Below, one piece after another: positions 15,701 through 24,205 of a stretch of DNA of 32,000 bases (position 1 is its first letter; every line of letters starts with the position of its first letter). The stretch is from positions 5,850,001 through 5,882,000 of the forward strand of contig CP001848.1 in NCBI GenBank assembly GCA_000025185.1, read 5' to 3'. Made by a program: the position numbers and the translations under genes. The notes below the pieces were generated by a model. It had not been told where the DNA came from, searched no databases, and saw nothing but the letters and a program-made list of their open reading frames with translations. Source of the stretch: Pirellula staleyi DSM 6068. GTDB taxonomy: Bacteria > Planctomycetota > Planctomycetia > Pirellulales > Pirellulaceae.

Positions 15701-17122
15701 GTGCTAACGATTCCTGTTCTTCGCTGGGGCAAGCCTTACGAATCGCTCGAGTTCGACGAAGTCAAGCACTTCGCCACCGGCGAACCAATCGCCAAGATCG
15801 GACTCTCGGCTGGCGGCATGCTCACCCGCGACATGCGTAACTCGCACAAAGCACGCGAAGCCCTGAAGAAGTTCTCCATCGAAGAGCTGATCGCCATGTG
15901 CAAAAAGGCGGGCGAGCTCTACAGCACTGCCACGCTCCCGATGGGGGATGGCACACAGTCTCCCGACGAGTTCGTGCACGCCCAATCGGCCAGCACCGGC
16001 CTCCCCGAGCACATGTGCCGCGCCAACATGACCAAGAACGCCTTCGTGCTTGGCAACATGGACAAAATCCTCTCCTGCCTCACTCGCGGGCTGCCGCTCG
16101 ACATCTTCACTAAAGGCTATGGCGACGAAGGTCGCGGCGTGACCGTCAGCTTCCAGGCTACCACCCCGGTCCTCGGAGCGGTTCTTCCCTCCAACAGCCC
16201 CGGCGTACACACCCTGTGGCTCCCTGCGATTCCGCTGCAAATCGGCCTGGTACTGAAGCCCGGTTCCTCCGAACCGTGGACCCCCTACCGCATGTTCTAC
16301 GCCTACACCGCTGCTGGCATCCCAGCCGAAGCGATCTCGATCTACCCCGGTGCCGGTGGCGATGTCGGCAATGCGCTGCTCAACGCCTGCTCGCGCAGCA
16401 TGGTCTTTGGCAGCGAGAAGACGGTGGCCCAGTACGCCGGCAATCCCAAGGTTCAGCCTCACGGTCCAGGCTGGTCGAAGGTGATCCTCGCCGACGACTG
16501 TGTCGACGAGTGGGAAAAGTACATCGACGTCATGGCCGAAAGCATTTACTGCAACAGCGGTCGAGGCTGTATCAACGCCTCCGCCGTCTTCGCCTCGCGT
16601 CACACCGAGAAGATTGCCGAAGCACTCGCCGCCAAGCTTGGCCCGGTCGAAGTCAAACCGCCGCAAGACCCTGCTGCTGGCCTCGCCGCCTTCACCACTC
16701 CCGGCGTTGCCGCCAGCGTGTGGGGCATGATCGAACAAGACCTGAAAGAAACGGGCGTCACCGACATGACGAGCAAGTACGGACCGCGCCTCGAAGAATA
16801 TGATCGCTACGCCTACCTGCGCCCCACGATCGTCCACTGCGATTCGCCCGAGCGAGCGATCGTGAAGAAGGAATTCATGTTCCCGTTTGCTTCGGTGGTG
16901 AAGTGTCCGCAGAAGGACTTCCTCACCAAGATTGGCCCCACGCTGATCGGCACCCTCATCAGCAAAGATGAGACGCTAATTCAGCAAGCGATCGACTGCA
17001 CCCACATCGACCGCCTCAACATCGGCGCCATCCCCACCAACCGCCTCAACTGGCTGCAGCCCCACGAAGGGAACATCATCGACTTCCTCTTCCGCAACCG
17101 CGCCGTCCAACTCGCTACCTAA
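15701..17122 (+). CDS. Aldehyde dehydrogenase-superfamily protein, LuxC-like acyl-CoA/acyl-protein reductase
   Basis: The 473-aa product has a GTG start with GGAG 10 nt upstream. The N-terminus LTIPVLRWGK resembles LuxC IPMIIGG. The catalytic-Cys block is IYCNSGRGCINASAVF. The ELGGK general-base block of classical ALDHs is replaced by HGPGWSKVIL, as LuxC has FGPKKSIAIV. Its size matches LuxC (~480 aa). Confidence 0.55.
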   Translation: MLTIPVLRWGKPYESLEFDEVKHFATGEPIAKIGLSAGGMLTRDMRNSHKAREALKKFSIEELIAMCKKAGELYSTATLPMGDGTQSPDEFVHAQSASTGLPEHMCRANMTKNAFVLGNMDKILSCLTRGLPLDIFTKGYGDEGRGVTVSFQATTPVLGAVLPSNSPGVHTLWLPAIPLQIGLVLKPGSSEPWTPYRMFYAYTAAGIPAEAISIYPGAGGDVGNALLNACSRSMVFGSEKTVAQYAGNPKVQPHGPGWSKVILADDCVDEWEKYIDVMAESIYCNSGRGCINASAVFASRHTEKIAEALAAKLGPVEVKPPQDPAAGLAAFTTPGVAASVWGMIEQDLKETGVTDMTSKYGPRLEEYDRYAYLRPTIVHCDSPERAIVKKEFMFPFASVVKCPQKDFLTKIGPTLIGTLISKDETLIQQAIDCTHIDRLNIGAIPTNRLNWLQPHEGNIIDFLFRNRAVQLAT

Positions 17123-17195
17123 TTCGCCTGGGTGGCGGCGGGCGCTACGAGTTAACGGAAGCCCCCAAAACCTAGCTCATTCGCAAACCATCTCT

Positions 17196-17226
17196 AGGCA
17201 CCCCTCGCAGGGTGCCTTTTTTATTT
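17196..17226 (+). terminator. Rho-independent terminator after the reductase gene
   Basis: The stem aggcaccc (17196-17203) / gggtgcct (17210-17217) has a 6-nt loop and is followed by ttttttattt. Confidence 0.8.
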
Positions 17227-17421
17227 AATACGCTCCATCTTCCGCCTTGGGTGCCATGCTCCTACCAGCGAAGCAGCAGGAGCATGCTGAGTTGCCCCCA
17301 GAGCATCACCGTCACCTTTTCGAGCATACTCCCAGCCAACACTCACTTCAGCACTGGCCGTACAGCCATTGCCACACAGCCGCAAATGCTTGCCTTCATT
17401 TTTTGGCAAGATGACTCGACC

Positions 17422-18693
17422 TTAGCCTTTGAAAGCCTCTTCAAGAGACTCCCGAGCTCGCAACAAAAACATTTCGGGCCCACCCTCGGGACTACCAGAT
17501 GCTTGCCACATTGAATTTGCTAACTGCACGATCTTCTCAGATTTCAATCTCTCATTCTTATCAGAGGCCTTTTCCATTGTCCCCAAACCTGGATGGTGGT
17601 CTGCGATTGATGTAAGCACCATTGGTTTGATTTGTTGATGCTGACAATATCTCGCGAACCAAGCATCGATTACTCGACCTGCATTTGCAACTTTGAAGCT
17701 CACCTCTTGCAGTTCCTTTAAGAAGAGCCACGTTAAGACCGCTCTCCTTCCGCCGACGGCCCCAAGGCAAGCAGCAAATTGTCGCTCTCGATCTGCCTTG
17801 GGTTGATGGGCATACTGAGTATAGATGAACACATCGATCAAACGCTTTCTAGTGAAAGGATATGGGCCGTTTGGAGCAAACGGCGGGAAGTATGGCGGAG
17901 TCTGAAGAGTATCAGAGTACGACTTTGCTTCTGCTGCCACCCACCGGGCAAACGAATGGCCCTTCAACGCTTGCTCATAAACGGCAACTGCCTTTAGGAA
18001 GTTTGCCTGTTCATTCTCCATGTACAATCTGCGAAAGATCATGACATACGATCTGATCTCATCATCCGTCACAGCGGTTGCCAATGTTGGCTCACCGACG
18101 AAAAGCTGATTGCTGGTTCCCGTTGAAGACAGAGTTCCCGGCCCATTCTTGAAGAACGCTGACCCCGTCATTTCTCGCAGATCGCGAGAAAAATAGGCAA
18201 GCAACCGGACCTCAGCATCTGACAGAGCAACGCTATCAATCGGAATTGGAGCACTTTCAGCTATCTCGAGCTCAATATCATGAGGTCGGTAATGTGATGG
18301 AAACATGACTACTTCAGGATCGCCACTCAAGATCGGTCCGATTTGCTGGACCGTCACCTGTGCGCCCAACTCATCCTCAAAGTACTCCGGAGAAAAAAAG
18401 GACTTGCAGCCGGTTTCTACCCATCTCTCCATTGCCTCCTTGGAACTATCTTCTTTGAATAACAGGCGAAACGTCGAAAACTTCCGCTTTTCGTTAGTTT
18501 CCAATGCAAGCTCCACTGCGGCTCGCTTAGCAGGTTCTAACGTCGATGTATCGAGGTACAAATGCCGGTCACCGAACTTCCTAGAATTGCGGTCAAGATA
18601 ACGAACTTTCCAAAAGATGATCACTTTAACCTCCTTGCTGTCGCTGCCGAATGCAGTTTTCCGACACTGGAAGCCTCTTCGCGCTTGGGACAT
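17422..18693 (-). CDS. Hypothetical protein (423 aa), orphan, in a low-GC gene
   Basis: The ORF is long and clean with no competing frame. I recognise no catalytic motif. The C-terminal KIVQLANSMWQASGSPEGGPEMFLLRARESL weakly resembles the DUF2934 pattern (A...W...G.PEG...A...L). Hand-counted lines give 23/60 and 26/60 GC. Confidence 0.6.
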   Translation of the reverse strand: MSQARRGFQCRKTAFGSDSKEVKVIIFWKVRYLDRNSRKFGDRHLYLDTSTLEPAKRAAVELALETNEKRKFSTFRLLFKEDSSKEAMERWVETGCKSFFSPEYFEDELGAQVTVQQIGPILSGDPEVVMFPSHYRPHDIELEIAESAPIPIDSVALSDAEVRLLAYFSRDLREMTGSAFFKNGPGTLSSTGTSNQLFVGEPTLATAVTDDEIRSYVMIFRRLYMENEQANFLKAVAVYEQALKGHSFARWVAAEAKSYSDTLQTPPYFPPFAPNGPYPFTRKRLIDVFIYTQYAHQPKADRERQFAACLGAVGGRRAVLTWLFLKELQEVSFKVANAGRVIDAWFARYCQHQQIKPMVLTSIADHHPGLGTMEKASDKNERLKSEKIVQLANSMWQASGSPEGGPEMFLLRARESLEEAFKG

Positions 18694-18936
18694 TTCTTTC
18701 CACTATCGTGGTTCGCAAACATGTGGAATTTCAACTTTTTGACTGCTAGTTAACGGACCAGTTAGATTCATTACTTGACACCGGCGACAGAATCCACATC
18801 TTATAATATCCATGTTTCTACGGTGTATTGGGAATTGCATGTATACGCTTAGGTGTTAACGCGACGGCCAAACTCATAGAACTGTCGCAGCTAGAGCATG
18901 TCATCAATCTTGGGGACCACGAGCCAGCCAGGGCTA

Positions 18937-19236
18937 CTAACGGCGACGTTCGATCCAATGACGCGAGTCTTGAGAGGTGTGCATGACGCCTAGTATAAGA
19001 ATGTCCGTTGGAGTGATGTCGTAGAACACGACATAGGGAAAACGCTTTAATGGCCAGTAGTAGAAGCCGAATTCGCTTTTGCTACGCCGAAGTGGATCAG
19101 CCATTAACTGCTGTATTGCAAGCCGAACTAGCGCGACAAAATCGGCACCAAGAACAGGATTGCGATCGTCGTACCACTTGGCAGCTTGAACAACATCTTC
19201 TTCAAAGAATGGGTGGTAGCGAAGTACTTTACCCAT
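18937..19236 (-). CDS. Type II toxin, RelE/ParE family
   Basis: ORF 18937..19251 (TTG start) is trimmed to the ATG at 19236. The product ends ...RFPYVVFYDITPTDILILGVMHTSQD, the typical ParE/RelE C-terminal pattern. It starts 2 nt after the antitoxin stop. Confidence 0.8.
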   Translation of the reverse strand: MGKVLRYHPFFEEDVVQAAKWYDDRNPVLGADFVALVRLAIQQLMADPLRRSKSEFGFYYWPLKRFPYVVFYDITPTDILILGVMHTSQDSRHWIERRR

Positions 19237-19453
19237 GGCGAGATTGATCAATCCGACGCCAAATCTCGTCGTGATCGACCGCTAATGTCGGATCGCTCCG
19301 CAGTTCGTCTCTACGACGCGTCGCCTCGGCAATAGCCCAAGCAGGAAGCGGGAGTGGAGAAGTCTCAGCGGCCAAATCGTCCCAAATTTGCTGCACCAAC
19401 AGCAACTTCTCGGCAGGCTCAAGATGACGAATCGTATCGTTGTAGACGTCCAT
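19229..19453 (-). CDS. Antitoxin, 'putative addiction module component' family
   Basis: The 74-aa product contains LEPAEKLLLVQQIWDDLAAE...AWAIAEATRRRDELRSDP...DEIWRRI, the pattern of the small antitoxins paired with ParE/RelE toxins. Confidence 0.75.
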   Translation of the reverse strand: MDVYNDTIRHLEPAEKLLLVQQIWDDLAAETSPLPLPAWAIAEATRRRDELRSDPTLAVDHDEIWRRIDQSRHG

Positions 19454-19753
19454 AAAATTCTCCTCGTCACAGTCTAAGCAAGACGAGAAGCTGAAGTCAA
19501 CTTTTGTTCACCCACCGGTCGGCAAAATGCTTCGAAAGTTTCGGGAGTCTATGGCACCGCTCTTCTCGCGTTTTTCTTGTTGGCCTGCTTGCCTTTAGGG
19601 CGTCGGTAGAGAACAATTCGCGGCAGAAAAGCCTGCCTCCCCTACCCCGCTTAACGACTTCGTACCGCCGCTTATCGACCTCGCATTCCGCTCGTCGATG
19701 ACACATGGGGCGAAGTCCCCTTTTCCTTCCACCAGCAAGAGGTGTTGTTCGCG

Positions 19754-20905
19754 ATGCAAAGCTTTGATTTTCAGCCTCGCACGCGAATTGTGTTTGGTCC
19801 TGGCAAAATCGAGGCCCTGGGGCAATTGGCGTCCGAAATCGGGGCCCGCCGGGCCTTGGTGGTGAGCGATCCGGGTGTCGTTGCCGCAGGGCATACGGCT
19901 CGCGGGATTGCATCGCTGGAAGCTGCTGGGATCGAGACCCATCTGTTCGACGGTCTGGCCGAGAACCCGAGCACCGACGATGTGGCTGCCGGGGTGAAGA
20001 TCGCCCGCCGCTACGAGCCACAGCTGTTGATCGGCCTGGGTGGCGGCAGTTCGATGGACTGTGCGAAGGGGATCAACTTCATCTACACCGGCGGCGGCGA
20101 GATGAAGGATTACTGGGGGGTCGGTAAGGCACTCAAAGAGATGCTGCCGATGATCGCCATCCCGACCACCGCAGGCACCGGGAGCGAGACACAGTCGTTT
20201 GCGCTCATCAGCGATGCCAAAACGCATGCTAAAATGGCGTGCGGCGATAAGAAAGCATCGTGCCGTGTGGCTTTGCTCGATCCCGAGTTGACCGTCACTC
20301 AGCCTGCGCGTGTTACCGCCTTAACCGGCATTGATGCAATTTCGCACGCGCTGGAGACCTTCGTCACGAAGAAGCGCAACGCAGCTTCGCTGGCGTTTAG
20401 TCGCGAATCGTGGCGACTCCTGGCGAGTCACTTCGCACAAGTACTGGCGGAGCCAACCAATATCGAGGCGCGCGGCAGCATGCTGCTGGGGGCGTCGCTC
20501 GCTGGACTGGCGATTGAGAACTCGATGCTTGGGGCGGCCCACGCTTTGGCCAATCCGCTGACAGCCCATTACAACATTCCGCACGGCCAAGCGGTGGGTG
20601 TGATGTTGCCGCACGTGATTCGCTTTAATGGCGAGCAGTTTGCCCACTGGTATGTCGACCTGCTCTCAACGCGCGGTGATGGCGACGCACTGCCCGGGCC
20701 GAGCGATGGCGTAGAAGGACTAGCGCAGTTCGTCACCTCGCTGGTGGAGAAGTCGGGGCTGTCGACGACGCTGACGCAGCTGAAGGTCGACCCAGCTTCG
20801 CTCGAAACCCTGGCGGGGGAAGCTGCGAAGCAGTGGACGGCCACGTTTAACCCACGCGAAGTTTCGGCTTCGGATCTGGCGGCGATCTACCGGGCGGCGA
20901 TTTAG
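19754..20905 (+). CDS. Iron-containing (group III) alcohol dehydrogenase
   Basis: It has a GLGGGSSMDCAKG nucleotide-binding motif and a metal-binding His cluster (HALETF, HALANPLTAHYNIPHGQAVGVMLPH). The ATG at 19754 is preferred over the GTG at 19742 because AAGAGG lies upstream. Confidence 0.85.
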   Translation: MQSFDFQPRTRIVFGPGKIEALGQLASEIGARRALVVSDPGVVAAGHTARGIASLEAAGIETHLFDGLAENPSTDDVAAGVKIARRYEPQLLIGLGGGSSMDCAKGINFIYTGGGEMKDYWGVGKALKEMLPMIAIPTTAGTGSETQSFALISDAKTHAKMACGDKKASCRVALLDPELTVTQPARVTALTGIDAISHALETFVTKKRNAASLAFSRESWRLLASHFAQVLAEPTNIEARGSMLLGASLAGLAIENSMLGAAHALANPLTAHYNIPHGQAVGVMLPHVIRFNGEQFAHWYVDLLSTRGDGDALPGPSDGVEGLAQFVTSLVEKSGLSTTLTQLKVDPASLETLAGEAAKQWTATFNPREVSASDLAAIYRAAI

Positions 20906-21124
20906 GAAGTCGCGGTACCCGCTTCGCACGCAGCGATCCAGGGAACCAACTGTCGCGTGCTGTGGCAAAACAGCCGGGATTTTCCGCATCCACCGGCCTC
21001 TGTAGGGGGAACCGGTGTTCTATCGATCGTCAATAGTTGTTTTGACGTGATTCGCAGCCTCGAGTTTGGTAGAATAAGGGGCTAAACCGACACACTTTCC
21101 ACCCTCGAGGAGACAGTACGCGCC

Positions 21125-22324
21125 ATGTTCACTGCTGCCTGTCGATCCGATGCTCGATTTTTTGCGATGGGACTTGTCGCGTGCGCGTTACTGCTCGGGC
21201 TGGTGACGTCGAAGGTGGCGCTCGCCGCCGAAGCTGATGCTGCCCCTGTAGCCAGCTCGGAAGTGCCGCGTAGCACCGCCATGAGTTGGCCCCTCTATCG
21301 TGGCGACGCAACAGCGTCGGGAGTGGCAGCGAGTTCGCTCCCCGATAAGCCCGAGCAACTTTGGAAGTTCGAAGTGAACGGCGGTGCGTTCGACGCCACC
21401 CCTTCGATCGTCGACGGTACGGTTTACATCGGCGATCTCGACGGCAAGGTCTATGCCCTCGAACTGACTACCGGCAAAAAAGTGTGGGAACAAGCGTTTG
21501 AAGAGACCGGCTTCATCGCCTCTCCAGCAGTCCGAGGCGATCTGCTGTTCCTGGGAGATATCAACGGTAAGTGCTACGCTCTCGAGCGATCAACGGGCAA
21601 AACCAAGTGGACCTTCGACACCGAAGCGGAAGTCGATAGCAGCCCGAATTTCTATCGCGACTACGTGCTCTTCGGCTCGCAAGATCGGTTTCTCTATTGC
21701 CTCGAAACAGCGACCGGCAAACTCGTTTGGAAGTTCGGCATTGAAGATCAAATTCGCTGCACGCCGACGGTGGTTGGCGATCGCGCGTTCCTCGCAGGCT
21801 GCGATAGCAAACTGCATATCGTGAACCTCGAAAAAGGGACAGCCGAAGCCGACGTTCCGATCGATGCACCCACTGGCGTAACGCCTGCGGTGTTTGGCGA
21901 CCAGGTGTTTTTTGGAACCGAAGCGGGGGTGTTTTTCGGTGTGAACTGGAAGACAGCCAAGGTCGCTTGGAAGGTAGTGGATGAGTCGTCGAGCCAGCCT
22001 TATCGCAGCTCGCCTGCGGTAACAGCCAGCACCGTGATTGTGGGAAGCCGCAATCGCCGCGTGCAGGCTTTCGATCCTGCGACAGGCAACGAGCAATGGT
22101 CGTTCGCCACCAAGCAGCGAATCGACAGCTCGCCAGTGATCGTCGGCGAGCGGGTGTTCGTCGGTGCTGCGGATGGACGGCTCTACGCTCTCGATGTCAA
22201 AACCGGTAAAGAAATTTGGCAAACGCAAGTCACCGGGGGCTTCACCGGCTCCCCAGCCATAGCCGATGAGAAGCTGGTGATCGCCACCGATCGCGGCACG
22301 ATTTTCTGCTACGGAAAAAAGTAA
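21125..22324 (+). CDS. Secreted PQQ-like (BamB-like) beta-propeller repeat protein
   Basis: It has a signal peptide and reiterated blades of the form G.VYA(L/V)(D/E)..TGK..W (for example GKVYALELTTGKKVWE and GRLYALDVKTGKEIWQ). Confidence 0.8.
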   Translation: MFTAACRSDARFFAMGLVACALLLGLVTSKVALAAEADAAPVASSEVPRSTAMSWPLYRGDATASGVAASSLPDKPEQLWKFEVNGGAFDATPSIVDGTVYIGDLDGKVYALELTTGKKVWEQAFEETGFIASPAVRGDLLFLGDINGKCYALERSTGKTKWTFDTEAEVDSSPNFYRDYVLFGSQDRFLYCLETATGKLVWKFGIEDQIRCTPTVVGDRAFLAGCDSKLHIVNLEKGTAEADVPIDAPTGVTPAVFGDQVFFGTEAGVFFGVNWKTAKVAWKVVDESSSQPYRSSPAVTASTVIVGSRNRRVQAFDPATGNEQWSFATKQRIDSSPVIVGERVFVGAADGRLYALDVKTGKEIWQTQVTGGFTGSPAIADEKLVIATDRGTIFCYGKK

Positions 22325-22388
22325 TCGCGCGAGCTTGCAATCGCCCGCACGATCTATTCGCCACACTCGTTTGAGAGGAAGAAAACTG

Positions 22389-23699
22389 ATGACCACCGAA
22401 GCGACCAAGACGGAAGTCGGTAGTTACTTCATCAGCAACTATCCGCCGTTCTCGCAGTGGTCGGAAGCCGAGCTTCCCGCTGTCGAAAGTGCCCTTCATT
22501 CGCCACCCCTGCACGACGAACCACTCGGCCTCTACCTGCACATTCCGTTCTGTCGCAAACGCTGCAAGTTCTGCTACTTTCGCGTCTACACCGACAAAAA
22601 CGCGAGCGATGTCGAGACCTACGTGTCGGCACTTTCGCGCGAAATCGAGCTTGTTAGCAAGCTGCCGATCATGGGTGGTCGGCCATTTCGTTTCGTCTAC
22701 TTCGGTGGCGGCACTCCATCGTTTTTGTCGGCCAAACAACTCACGTCGCTCGTCGATCGCCTGCGTGCCAACATCAACTGGGATCAAGCGGAAGAAGTCA
22801 CCTTCGAGTGCGAACCTGGCACACTCTCGCAGCCCAAGATCGTCACGCTCAAAGAGCTTGGCGTCACGCGTTTGAGCCTAGGTGTCGAGAACTTCAGCGA
22901 TGCTGTGCTCGAAGAAAATGGCCGCGCCCATTTATCGGGCGAAGTGTACAAAGCGTGGGACTGGATCAAAGCGGCCGACTTCGCCAACGTCAACATCGAC
23001 CTCATCAGCGGCATGGTCGGCGAGAGTTGGGACAATTGGCAAGAGAATATCAAAAAGACCATCGAGCTGTCGCCCGACAGCGTGACGATCTATCAGCTGG
23101 AACTGCCGTTCAACACTGTCTATTCCAAAGACATTTTGGGGAACACTCGCGAGATTCCCGTGGCAGATTGGCCCACGAAGCGTGCGTGGCTGAGCTTCGC
23201 GTACGACGAACTGCAGGCCGCCGGCTATCACGTTTCGAGCGCCTACACGCTGGTGAAAGATCCCACCAAGGTGAACTTCAGCTACCGCGATAATCTGTGG
23301 CGTGGCAGCGATCTTTTGAGCACCGGCGTCGCCAGTTTCGGCCATGCTTCGGGCGTGCACTATCAAAACAAAACCGAATGGGGCGACTACACCAAGAGTC
23401 TGCTTGAAGAGAATAAACTTCCACTCTATCGCGGCATGAAACCGACGTCGCATCAGCTGCTGATTCGCGAGTTGATTTTGAACCTGAAGAAGGGTTATCT
23501 CGACACCAGCTACTTCACCCACAAATTTGGCGTGAACGTGCTCGAGCACTTTGCTGACGTCTGGCAATCGCATGTCGACGATGGCTACCTGACGATCGAC
23601 GGCGATCGCGTGAACCTCACACGTCAAGGTCTGCTGCATGCCGATGCGATGCTGCCACCGTTCTTTGAACAGCAACATCAGGGAGTTCGCTACACATGA
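22389..23699 (+). CDS. Radical SAM enzyme, HemN/HemW (oxygen-independent coproporphyrinogen III oxidase-like) family
   Basis: The CxxxCxxC motif sits in LYLHIPFCRKRCKFCYFRV, followed by GGGTPS. It is colinear with E. coli HemN along its whole length, including the N-terminal YPP segment. It is trimmed to the ATG at 22389, which has a GAGGAAG RBS. Confidence 0.8.
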   Translation: MTTEATKTEVGSYFISNYPPFSQWSEAELPAVESALHSPPLHDEPLGLYLHIPFCRKRCKFCYFRVYTDKNASDVETYVSALSREIELVSKLPIMGGRPFRFVYFGGGTPSFLSAKQLTSLVDRLRANINWDQAEEVTFECEPGTLSQPKIVTLKELGVTRLSLGVENFSDAVLEENGRAHLSGEVYKAWDWIKAADFANVNIDLISGMVGESWDNWQENIKKTIELSPDSVTIYQLELPFNTVYSKDILGNTREIPVADWPTKRAWLSFAYDELQAAGYHVSSAYTLVKDPTKVNFSYRDNLWRGSDLLSTGVASFGHASGVHYQNKTEWGDYTKSLLEENKLPLYRGMKPTSHQLLIRELILNLKKGYLDTSYFTHKFGVNVLEHFADVWQSHVDDGYLTIDGDRVNLTRQGLLHADAMLPPFFEQQHQGVRYT

Positions 23700-24154
23700 G
23701 CGAGCCGCTGGTGTTTTCGATGGGGAACTACGACGCCGAGATTCCTGTCGATCGGATGTACGCCAAGAATCATATGTGGGGACAAACACAGGCCGACGGC
23801 ACGATTCGCTTTGGCTTCACCGCCTATGCGGTTCGCTTGCTGCAAGATGTTTACTTCCTCGACTGGTCGATCGAAGCTCCGGCCAACATCGCCGCGCGAG
23901 CGGAAATCGGCCAGATCGAAAGCAAAAAAGCGGAGAGCAGTTTGTATGCTCCGCTCGCTGGAAATCTGATTGAGTTCAACACCGAATTGCTTCGCGACCC
24001 CTCGGCGATTAATGTCGACAAATATGGCAAAGGCTGGCTGTTTGCAATGCAGGCGAGCGCCGATTCGCTCCTTGCTCCCGCACAGTACCTCGAGCATCTG
24101 GCCGATGTTTGGGAAGTCACGCAGCGCACAATCAAAGGCCAAATGAACGAGTAG
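23696..24154 (+). CDS. Glycine-cleavage H-protein-like (lipoyl-carrier fold) protein
   Basis: The product reads YAKNHMW...IRFGFTAYAVRLLQDVYFLDW...IGQIESKKAESSLYAPLAGNLIEFN...DKYGKGWLF, which matches the GcvH pattern. The lipoyl-Lys position is retained (ESKKA against the canonical ESVKA). Its ATG overlaps the upstream stop (ATGA). Confidence 0.8.
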   Translation: MSEPLVFSMGNYDAEIPVDRMYAKNHMWGQTQADGTIRFGFTAYAVRLLQDVYFLDWSIEAPANIAARAEIGQIESKKAESSLYAPLAGNLIEFNTELLRDPSAINVDKYGKGWLFAMQASADSLLAPAQYLEHLADVWEVTQRTIKGQMNE

Positions 24155-24205
24155 AATCCTGTCCTCACCGCTGGTTGCCCTTCTTTCGATTTCGAGACTT
24201 CGCTC

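Noticed and set aside
18775-18807. Perfect sigma-70 hexamers TTGACA (18775-18780) and TATAAT (18802-18807) on the + strand in the AT-rich spacer of islet 2.
   Set aside because: The spacer is 21 nt, outside the functional 16-19 nt range. No + strand gene follows before 19754, and only the antisense of the TA pair lies downstream. The hexamers are probably chance in AT-rich DNA. An antisense RNA promoter cannot be excluded.
17387-19595. The 10-nt direct repeat tgcttgcctt flanking islet 2 as a target-site duplication.
   Set aside because: My rough estimate gives about a 9% chance of such a match between two 300-nt windows. No recombinase or terminal inverted repeats support it. It is kept only as a note inside the islet finding.
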